A stretch of DNA of 64,000 bases from Minisyncoccota bacterium. GTDB lineage: Bacteria > Patescibacteriota > Minisyncoccia > Phycocordibacterales > JABMNX01. The notes under the pieces were generated by a model. That model was not told the DNA's origin and did no database searches. It saw only the letters and a list, made by a program, of their open reading frames with translations. This document shows, one piece after another, positions 57,850-64,000 of this stretch; the stretch's first letter is position 1, and the number at the start of each line of letters is the position of its first letter. Position numbers and translations under genes: made by a program. The DNA lies in NCBI GenBank assembly GCA_026195275.1, contig JAPHQU010000003.1, positions 71,852 through 135,851 on the forward strand, read 5' to 3'.

Positions 57850-58200
57850 ATGGGCTTTACTAACGATGAGGTGGTTAAGGCTCGCAAAGCGGTGGAGAAA
57901 GAGACAGGACTCACGCTGAGTCATGAGCTTCTCTACTCACTCGTGAGGAAGGTTGAAGAGAACAAAACTCAGATGTCCTTCCCTGAAGCACTTCGTTTTG
58001 CGCTTAACACACTCAACATCCACGAGGAGGAGACCCGGAGCGTATACAAAAAAGCAGTCGGTAAACTCTTCGGAAGTCATGGTGGTAGAAAAGCAGCACG
58101 AAACCGAAGATCCGGACCCCCTCCCCAAAAACGCCCTCGTCCAACTGTGGTAGGAACGATTGTGGAAGAAAAAGGGGGACAATTCTCTTTCAAAGTATAG
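57850..58200 (+). CDS. Hypothetical small basic protein (116 aa)
   Basis: A GGAGG RBS lies 7 nt upstream and a strong terminator lies immediately downstream. Confidence 0.5.
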   Translation: MGFTNDEVVKARKAVEKETGLTLSHELLYSLVRKVEENKTQMSFPEALRFALNTLNIHEEETRSVYKKAVGKLFGSHGGRKAARNRRSGPPPQKRPRPTVVGTIVEEKGGQFSFKV

Positions 58201-58201
58201 A

Positions 58202-58233
58202 AGCGACCTGCGGAAGCAGGTCGCTTATTTTTT
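58202..58233 (+). terminator. Rho-independent terminator
   Basis: Stem agcgacctgc/gcaggtcgct with loop ggaa, followed by tattttttg. Confidence 0.8.
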
Positions 58234-58240
58234 GAGACAT

Positions 58241-58888
58241 TCACTCGAGGCGCTCAGCATCCTCGACATTAAACTCGCCAACTTTCGTACGGCGCAGGTC
58301 GTTGATAGTCGCGGGGTATCCGAGCTTACGACCAAGCTCTTCGGCAAGCGAGCGGATGTAGACACCACTTGCCACGTCAAACAGGATGCGCAAAGTCGCC
58401 CTTCCCGCACTCACCTCGATTTTCTCTAACTCGGCGCAATACACCTCCATGTCACGAAGCGGCGGGGTAACCTCTCTACCTGCGCGCGCCTCCTTGTAGA
58501 GACGCTTCCCACCCATCTTTACCGCTGAGTAAACAGGAACTGGAAGCCGCAACACACCAACCATACTTCTTAGAGCATTTTGCACATCTTCTTCTTTTAG
58601 ATATTCAACCGTCTTGCTCTCGATCACCTCCCCTTCCCTGTCTCCTGTGCTTCGCCGCTCCCCAACAAGCACGTCAGCAACATAAGTTTTAGGAAGCCCG
58701 ATCAGATCGTTGAGCTTCTTTGTCGCCTCCCCAACCCCAATCAGCATCAGACCACTTGCGAGCGGGTCGAGTGTCCCTGCATGCCCCATCTTCTTCACGC
58801 CGAGCCGCCTTCTGAGTCGTCTGATAACGTCAAATGAGGAGATGCCTCTTGGTTTATCAATAAGAAGGATGTTGTTTGTCTCTTCCAT
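58241..58888 (-). CDS. truB: tRNA pseudouridine(55) synthase
   Basis: LLIDKPRGISSFDV...GHAGTLDPLASGLML catalytic Asp motif. Confidence 0.92.
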   Translation of the reverse strand: MEETNNILLIDKPRGISSFDVIRRLRRRLGVKKMGHAGTLDPLASGLMLIGVGEATKKLNDLIGLPKTYVADVLVGERRSTGDREGEVIESKTVEYLKEEDVQNALRSMVGVLRLPVPVYSAVKMGGKRLYKEARAGREVTPPLRDMEVYCAELEKIEVSAGRATLRILFDVASGVYIRSLAEELGRKLGYPATINDLRRTKVGEFNVEDAERLE

Positions 58889-58889
58889 A

Positions 58890-59840
58890 CTATATATTCA
58901 TCATAATAAGAAAGAGGTATACAAAATAACTCAATACAAGAAGGATTCCTTCTCTGCGAGAAAGCACGCCGCGCTCGCCAGTGAAGAGCGCGAGAACTGC
59001 GACAACAACCGCAACGATGACAGCAATGATGATATCGAGCGCGATGTGTTCAATGACCGCAATTGGTTTAATGAGCCCTGTGATACCCAAGATACCAAGA
59101 AATCCGAATATATTTGAACCGATAATATTACCAACCGCGATTCCTTTCTGTCGTTTCATTAGTGCAACAAGCGAGACCGTCAACTCCGGAAGAGAGGTGC
59201 CGACACCGACCACAGTAAGCCCAATGATAACCGGCGACACCGAGAGAAAATGAGCTATCGCCTCAGCTCCAGAGACGACCCACTGACCACCAACGAAAAC
59301 TCCAATCATCCCCACAAAGAGCATCACTACTGAGGCAAATGTTGCAAACACCTGATAGTCTCCCTCGTCACCCTCAATTGCTTTGCGTTTAAGCATAAAG
59401 ACGAACCAGATCACGAATATTACAGAGAGCAGCACACCCTCGAGACGTGTGATCCCCACAAAATCTTGGTCACCCAGGATCGGCAACAGCACAACTAGCG
59501 AGGACGCAAAGACCGCACCAATATTAATGAAGATATCTTTATACCACTCCCGCCGTATAAAGATGGGAGAGAAGGCCGCTACCAATCCCAGAATGACGAG
59601 CAGATTGAAGGTGTTCCCGCCAATGATCGCCCCAATGCCGATATTGTTCCCCGCAAATGAAGATGAGATACTTACCGCAAGTTCAGGAATCGAAGTGCCA
59701 AGACCAACAATTACGATTCCAATGACCCATGAAGAGATCTTGAGGATGCGCGCAATCGAGACAGCACCACTAACGAGGATGCGCGCACTCGTGATAAGGA
59801 TCGCAAAACCAACAATAAAAAGTAGAAGTTCGAATGCCAT
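58890..59840 (-). CDS. Na+/Ca2+ exchanger family (CaCA) membrane protein
   Basis: Two alpha-repeat signatures, GTSIPEL and GTSLPEL, and about 10 TM helices. The start is chosen at MAFELL. Confidence 0.85.
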   Translation of the reverse strand: MAFELLLFIVGFAILITSARILVSGAVSIARILKISSWVIGIVIVGLGTSIPELAVSISSSFAGNNIGIGAIIGGNTFNLLVILGLVAAFSPIFIRREWYKDIFINIGAVFASSLVVLLPILGDQDFVGITRLEGVLLSVIFVIWFVFMLKRKAIEGDEGDYQVFATFASVVMLFVGMIGVFVGGQWVVSGAEAIAHFLSVSPVIIGLTVVGVGTSLPELTVSLVALMKRQKGIAVGNIIGSNIFGFLGILGITGLIKPIAVIEHIALDIIIAVIVAVVVAVLALFTGERGVLSRREGILLVLSYFVYLFLIMMNI

Positions 59841-59926
59841 ATGCACCAAGTATAAAGTTAAAAGTTGGAAGTTGCTAGGCGGAGCCTGGTCCGATTTCAC
59901 CGAAAAAGTTGAAGCTGAAACAAAAA

Positions 59927-59960
59927 ATCTTGACGTCCGACGTCAAGATTTAATGAGAGC
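59927..59960 (-). terminator. Rho-independent terminator for mpg; same 23-nt palindrome as the dnaK terminator
   Basis: The hairpin ATCTTGACGTC-C-GACGTCAAGAT (59927-59949) is followed on the minus strand by ttttttgtttc. Confidence 0.75.
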
Positions 59961-59979
59961 ACGCCCAGGGAGACAGTGT

Positions 59980-60498
59980 TTAGTCTTTAACAACAAAGCG
60001 ATACGGTTTCTCCGTCCACTCCTCAGCAGAGCGGATACCGATACGTGGAGTACGTACGATATCATCTTTCTTGATCTTTACCCCCCGGTCTTCGACCCAC
60101 AGACCCGCGTCTTTACCCAACTGCTTCCTATTGAGTGTACGAGTGATACTCAGTTTTTTGGTAAGCCGCCCTGGTCCATTGATCTCTGAGACACCTCGAA
60201 TGAGGACCGCGGCCGGATACTCCAACGGCCCCGTAACAATATTGAGCATATAGTGCATGCCATACGTGAGGTACACATAAATAGTCCCCGCCTCACGGAA
60301 CATCACCTCGTTGCGCGCCGTCTTCCCACGATGAGCGTGCGACGCTTTATCCTCAAAACCATCGTACGCCTCGACTTCAGTGATCAGGTGCCTATATTCT
60401 TTCCCGCAGATCCTCCGCACCAAGATCTTTCCAAGGAGCTCCTCCGCCACAGTAGGTGTCGGACGTGCGAAGAATGTTGGTGTCAGTTCTTTATTCAT
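59980..60498 (-). CDS. DNA-3-methyladenine glycosylase (Mpg/AAG family)
   Basis: ...HLITEVEAYDGFEDKASHAHRGKTARNEVMF...TIYVYLTYGMHYMLNIV... is the AAG-family fold. Confidence 0.85.
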   Translation of the reverse strand: MNKELTPTFFARPTPTVAEELLGKILVRRICGKEYRHLITEVEAYDGFEDKASHAHRGKTARNEVMFREAGTIYVYLTYGMHYMLNIVTGPLEYPAAVLIRGVSEINGPGRLTKKLSITRTLNRKQLGKDAGLWVEDRGVKIKKDDIVRTPRIGIRSAEEWTEKPYRFVVKD

Positions 60499-60505
60499 GT
60501 GGATA

Positions 60506-60556
60506 GTATACACAGTATACACGCATTGACACCATACGGTATCGTGTTACTATACT
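60506..60556 (+). promoter_or_regulatory. Direct repeat GTATACAC-A-GTATACAC followed by TTGACA-N17-ACTATA promoter-like hexamers
   Basis: Repeats at 60506-60513 and 60515-60522, with TTGACA at 60526-60531. The arrangement lies in the divergent mpg / hypothetical-gene intergenic region. Confidence 0.4.
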
Positions 60557-60620
60557 TTAGTCACACGATAGGTGACATCCGCTACGGCGGTTTTTTGTTC
60601 TTTATGGAAAGGAGTTCGCA

Positions 60621-61295
60621 GTGAACGATCAAAATAGCATGCAGGGCGGCATCGGCGAGACAAAGCCGTTCCAACAGGTCATTCTTGACATGTTGGATCC
60701 AAAAAACAAGAACGAATATGCGGTCTCAACCGCACAAGGACTATTCCTTGCTCGCGCCGCGTTCGCGGCACTCACCACACACGTCTTTGCGACCGAGATA
60801 TCGGGTACTGAAGATCTGGAGAAGATACTCGCCTACCAAAGGATGGCGGCAGAAAATCTCCAGATCACCAGTGAGACACTCGATGCGGTGCTCGACATCA
60901 TCGAGTTCCGATCAAAAAGCAATGAGATCAACCTCAGCCTCCACCCGGCGCACCAGACTCTTGTGAAGATCCTGATGACGCTCGGTACCAAGGAGTGTCT
61001 GGTATCAGCAACCGCGCCAATCGTGGTGATGGGTGACGATGCGAAGAAAGGGGTGTTCAACACCCTTTGCGATCTCGTCACCAAAATGGACATACCCGGA
61101 TACGCGCAGCAAAGTCTTCTGGACGCACTCAACGAAAATGGTTGGCGTCTCGGCTTCAACCTGGACAACACACACTTGGTTTCTGCGACCGATTCGCTCA
61201 AACGGCGAATGGGCATCAACACGGAAGACACTGCTTCGGCCGACTTTGACGTCGTCTCGAGACAGCCGGATGCGGACAATATCGCGGCTCAATAA
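60621..61295 (+). CDS. Hypothetical protein (224 aa)
   Basis: A GTG start sits 7 nt after a strong AAAGGAG RBS, and a terminator lies downstream. No homology was recognised. Confidence 0.55.
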   Translation: MNDQNSMQGGIGETKPFQQVILDMLDPKNKNEYAVSTAQGLFLARAAFAALTTHVFATEISGTEDLEKILAYQRMAAENLQITSETLDAVLDIIEFRSKSNEINLSLHPAHQTLVKILMTLGTKECLVSATAPIVVMGDDAKKGVFNTLCDLVTKMDIPGYAQQSLLDALNENGWRLGFNLDNTHLVSATDSLKRRMGINTEDTASADFDVVSRQPDADNIAAQ

Positions 61296-61334
61296 AAACT
61301 CCTTTCATTCACCCTCTTTCACAGAAGGTACACC

Positions 61335-61373
61335 CCGCCCACCGAGGTATTCTCGGTGGGCGGTTTCTTTTTT
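61335..61373 (+). terminator. Rho-independent terminator
   Basis: 12-bp stem ccgcccaccgag/ctcggtgggcgg with loop gtatt, followed by tttctttttt. Confidence 0.8.
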
Positions 61374-61394
61374 GATAGCATCTTTTGTATTATG

Positions 61395-61557
61395 TAGATG
61401 AGTCGCCACCTCAATGAAGTCTCTTCATTGAGTGCTGGCGTCCTCGGAGGGGGCGGACTCGATCTGCTTGTGCATGCAACGTGCACACCCCGTAGCGACC
61501 GTTCTGCCCCCTCCACCCCACCCTTCCCGGCGTCCACACGCCGGGTTTTTTATTTTT
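61395..61557 (+). ncRNA. Candidate small structured RNA (unclassified)
   Basis: A GC-rich segment of about 160 nt lies between two terminators. Upstream are a TG-TATTAT extended -10-like box (61386-61393) and TTGATA. It holds internal hairpins (tcaatgaag/cttcattga, gtgca...tgcac) and ends in a cccggcg/cgccggg hairpin plus T-run at 61526-61557. Confidence 0.3.
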
Positions 61558-61563
61558 AACTGG

Positions 61564-61578
61564 TGACCCTACGGGGAA
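61564..61578 (-). repeat. 15-nt exact copy of the tRNA-Glu 3' end (TTCCCCGTAGGGTCA) followed by CCA
   Basis: Identical to 61767-61781. It reads ...TTCCCCGTAGGGTCACCA on the minus strand. Confidence 0.7.
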
Positions 61579-61697
61579 GGCGTCAGGTTTCTAAGCTCTC
61601 GCCACACCCCATAGGGTGTGGCAATCACTAAGAACCTCCTGCCCGGACTCGGCGACAAGCCTCCGCCTGCGGCGGATCTTGTATACCGCCTCCGTCT

Positions 61698-61786
61698 TTC
61701 GATTCCCCGTAGGTAACCCTGCAGACACTAAAAAGCCGATGCTTTGCATCGGTCTTTTAGTGTCTGTGACCCTACGGGGAATCGAA
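61698..61786 (-). repeat. ~89-nt imperfect inverted repeat that includes the tRNA-Glu T-arm and 3' acceptor strand
   Basis: The outer 16-bp arms (61698-61713 with 61771-61786) are perfect. The inner 21-bp arms (61722-61742 with 61746-61766) have one bulge and an internal loop. Confidence 0.7.
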
Positions 61787-61838
61787 CCCCGGTTTCATCC
61801 GTGAGAGGGATGTGTCCTAGCCGCTAGACGATAGGGCC
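61767..61838 (-). tRNA. tRNA-Glu (anticodon CUC)
   Basis: Manual fold of GGCCCTATCGTCTAGCGGCTAGGACACATCCCTCTCACGGATGAAACCGGGGTTCGATTCCCCGTAGGGTCA. It has a 7-bp acceptor stem, a D-arm, an anticodon loop CTCTCAC and the T-loop TTCGATT. CCA is not encoded. Confidence 0.8.
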
Positions 61839-62001
61839 TAATAGTACTGCTTTTATTCTGAGTGTCCAATGAGAGTTTGTGCATCTCACCCAGGACACAT
61901 CCCTCTACGAGGGCTTGCCCTATCGTCTCGTAAACATCGACGATTTCCTCGCGGTTGCGAGGAACCGGATGAAAAGCAAAGCAGTTTGCTTTTCATTCCA
62001 A

Positions 62002-62022
62002 TAGCCGCTAGACGATAGGGCC
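62002..62022 (-). repeat. 21-nt exact copy of the tRNA-Glu 5' end (GGCCCTATCGTCTAGCGGCTA)
   Basis: Identical to 61818-61838. It lies 184 nt upstream of the tRNA in the tRNA's orientation. Confidence 0.7.
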
Positions 62023-62092
62023 AAATTTCAATGCCCCACATGTGTGAGGCATTGATAGAATACTACATTTTTTTGGTCTTGGCAAAATAACC

Positions 62093-63373
62093 TTACCGCT
62101 TGAGCCATTCTGCCTCTTGTCGCACCAAGAGCTCTGGAGCCTGTTTGGGGTCTGCGAGAGCGGCTTTTACCGCTTTCTCAAGACGGATAGACTGCGACCC
62201 TTTTATGAACGCGACATCGCCCTTTTCAAGGACTCGCGCAAGCTCCTCCCCCGCCTGTGTCGCATTATCAAAGTGTAGTGCATTCTGTTCATTAAAACCA
62301 TGCTCAATGGCGCTCTTCATAATATCGCGCGCTCGGATACCGACAGTGATTAGTCGGTCGGCGCACTCAGGTATCATCTCACCGATCTTACGATGCTCTT
62401 TTACGGAATACGAACCGAGCTCGAGCATGTCACCAAGTACCGCAAATTTCCTTCCTGAGACAGAGAGTTTTCGTAAGACAGTGAGCCCCTCACTAAGAGC
62501 TGCTGGAGAAGAATTGTAACTATCATCGATAATGACTGACTTGCGGACTCCCTCAAGAACCTTCATGCGTCCTGCCGGGGTCTTGTGCTTCCCTGCCGCA
62601 TCCGCCATGGTCGCCATATCAAGCCCAAAAGAGGAACCCACCGCAAACGCGGCGAGGATCGGATAGATATGCTGCCTCCCAAGCGCGTCGTGAGTTACTA
62701 CCGGCACACTACTCCCCCGACTATCAACACGAAATGTCATCAATCGCTCATGGAGACGATATGTCTCGTGCGAAGCAAGAAATGTCGCGCCTGCTTCAAA
62801 ACCAAAAGTAGTGGTTGCGTGCCGGTGTTTTTCTCTGAACGCCATGACACGAGGGTCATCTCCGTTCAAAATTAGTGTGCCCTCAGGCTTGAGCGCATCA
62901 ACAAGATATTCTTTTTCGCGAACAACCTCCTCCGGAGAATCAAAATATTCAACATGCACCGGCACCTCCGGAAGTGCCGTTACCACCACCGCGTCTGGCT
63001 TAAGCCACTCGGTAATCTTCTGTATGTCGCCCGGTCGATCAGCGCCGACCTCGAGTACCAACCATTTCGGATAATGGTTTTTAAGTGCAATGAGCAGGAA
63101 TCCTTCGACGATATTCTTTGTCCAGAGAAGCGGATTATTCCACGCGTTACTACATCCGAGGATAGTAAGGGGTACGCCAATGTCACTATTAAAACTCTTC
63201 TCGCTCTTGCGCACAAAATGCTTCGCGCTCATTATCGAAAAAATCGCGTCTTTTGTTGACGTCTTCCCTACACTGCCCGTAACAGCGATGATCTTTGGTC
63301 GATACTTCTTCAGGACCAGTGTCGCCTCAAGACGCAAAATGACAACGATGATTTTTTTAAAGAATGATTTCAT
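62093..63373 (-). CDS. murF: UDP-N-acetylmuramoyl-tripeptide--D-alanyl-D-alanine ligase
   Basis: Mur ligase P-loop IAVTGSVGKTSTK, with central and C-terminal Mur ligase domains. The start is chosen at MKSFF. Confidence 0.88.
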   Translation of the reverse strand: MKSFFKKIIVVILRLEATLVLKKYRPKIIAVTGSVGKTSTKDAIFSIMSAKHFVRKSEKSFNSDIGVPLTILGCSNAWNNPLLWTKNIVEGFLLIALKNHYPKWLVLEVGADRPGDIQKITEWLKPDAVVVTALPEVPVHVEYFDSPEEVVREKEYLVDALKPEGTLILNGDDPRVMAFREKHRHATTTFGFEAGATFLASHETYRLHERLMTFRVDSRGSSVPVVTHDALGRQHIYPILAAFAVGSSFGLDMATMADAAGKHKTPAGRMKVLEGVRKSVIIDDSYNSSPAALSEGLTVLRKLSVSGRKFAVLGDMLELGSYSVKEHRKIGEMIPECADRLITVGIRARDIMKSAIEHGFNEQNALHFDNATQAGEELARVLEKGDVAFIKGSQSIRLEKAVKAALADPKQAPELLVRQEAEWLKR

Positions 63374-63392
63374 GTAGATATATTCATCCGCG

Positions 63393-64000
63393 CTACCGGT
63401 CCGGTGGGATATCATAATAATTGATCAGGAAATTCACCGTATCCATAAAGGGGTGTGTGAGTGTGTTCGACGCATAACGCACCTCCTTCGGCTCGATAGT
63501 AAATAGGAAGACTAGGAAACGGGCGTCATACGCCGGGAAATAGCCAAAAAATGAGTGGAGGTACCTATCACCATAGTACCCTCCCTCCTCAGGGTTCGCA
63601 ATTTGCGCAGTACCGGTCTTCGCGGCGACACTATAGTTGTCTAGGGCAACTGTCCCGCCAAGAAGTGCCTCGTCAACAACCCGAACGAGCATGCGAGTGA
63701 TCTCTTCGGATGTACTATTTTTTATGACATAGGTATCGTCGACGTGACTCACTTTCTTAGAGAGTCCGGTCCGATAACGTACCTCCTTGACCAGATGCGG
63801 GGTCGCTAATCTCCCCCCATTTGCAAGCGTCCCTAATGCGCGCACAGTCGCGATGGGAGTCATTGCAATTCCTTGCCCAAACGACGCAGTTGCATACTCG
63901 ATGGTGCGAGGGCTCTTAAGGTTTCCTATCAACCCGACCCCCTCGCCCGGAAGATCGATCCCTGTCTCTTCACCAATTCCATAGCCGAGGAAATACTCGC
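63393..64000 (-). CDS. Penicillin-binding protein transpeptidase domain (FtsI/PBP2-like), C-terminal part; N-terminus beyond window end
   Basis: The KTGTAQ (KTG) motif is present. The frame stays open to nt 64000 and the stop is at 63393. Confidence 0.8.
   Translation of the reverse strand, partial: EYFLGYGIGEETGIDLPGEGVGLIGNLKSPRTIEYATASFGQGIAMTPIATVRALGTLANGGRLATPHLVKEVRYRTGLSKKVSHVDDTYVIKNSTSEEITRMLVRVVDEALLGGTVALDNYSVAAKTGTAQIANPEEGGYYGDRYLHSFFGYFPAYDARFLVFLFTIEPKEVRYASNTLTHPFMDTVNFLINYYDIPPDR

Noticed and set aside
61600-61680. RNase P RNA hypothesis (minus-strand GAGTCCGGGCAGGAGG resembles the P4 GGAAAGUCCGGGCUCC)
   Set aside because: Only a 9-nt match was found, and the region is too short for RNase P RNA. 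It was left as part of the unexplained tRNA-Glu flank.
61561-62022. tmRNA (ssrA) hypothesis for the tRNA-like repeat region
   Set aside because: There is no G3:U70 alanine identity pair (positions 3-70 are C-G), no tag-peptide reading frame or resume codon context was recognised, and a complete ordinary tRNA-Glu is embedded.
1-64000. Alternative genetic code (UGA recoding, as in some candidate phyla)
   Set aside because: leuS ends in TGA at 4954-4956 and other conserved genes terminate with TGA or TAG at the expected lengths, so the standard code applies.
1-64000. CRISPR array, integrase or transposase
   Set aside because: No short direct-repeat arrays with spacers and no recombinase-like ORFs were seen. 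The Cas4-like nuclease is an orphan.

Overview
This is a densely packed, largely co-directional bacterial chromosomal segment of about 80 genes, with roughly 50% GC judged by eye and the standard genetic code (TGA and TAG both terminate recognised genes). Most of it is core housekeeping. It contains ychF, leuS, mltG, mnmA, alaS, a ribosomal/RNAP block (infA-rpmJ-rpsM-rpsK-rpsD-rpoA-rplQ-rplM-rpsI) and the grpE-dnaK-dnaJ operon. It also contains trpS, aspS, pepA, scpAB, cell-wall genes (dacA-like, mraY, ftsW, murG, murF, a PBP fragment), gltX, cysS, dnaB, recR, rmuC, truB, ung, mpg, and the transporters corA, an mgtC-family gene, a P-type ATPase and a CaCA exchanger. Several traits point by inference to a reduced-genome lineage, possibly Patescibacteria/CPR-like: a short AlaRS lacking the C-terminal domain, a sigma-70 region-4-only protein, a DUF5671-like membrane protein, many weak or leaderless starts, and compact operons. 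No CRISPR array, rRNA, integrase or transposase was seen. The most unusual features are: (1) LeuS carries an in-frame insertion of about 150 aa with a perfect Nudix box. (2) A tRNA-Glu(CUC) locus is flanked by perfect copies of its own 5' end (21 nt) and 3' end (15 nt plus CCA), contains a roughly 90-bp imperfect inverted repeat that includes the tRNA 3' half, and has a structured GC-rich stretch beside it that may be a small RNA. (3) A 12-bp perfect inverted-repeat operator lies upstream of grpE. (4) A 23-nt palindromic terminator hairpin is reused verbatim at two unrelated loci, with a third degenerate copy. (5) A small cluster of nuclease/repair genes includes an ATP-cone/PD-(D/E)xK fusion and an orphan Cas4-like 4-Cys nuclease.
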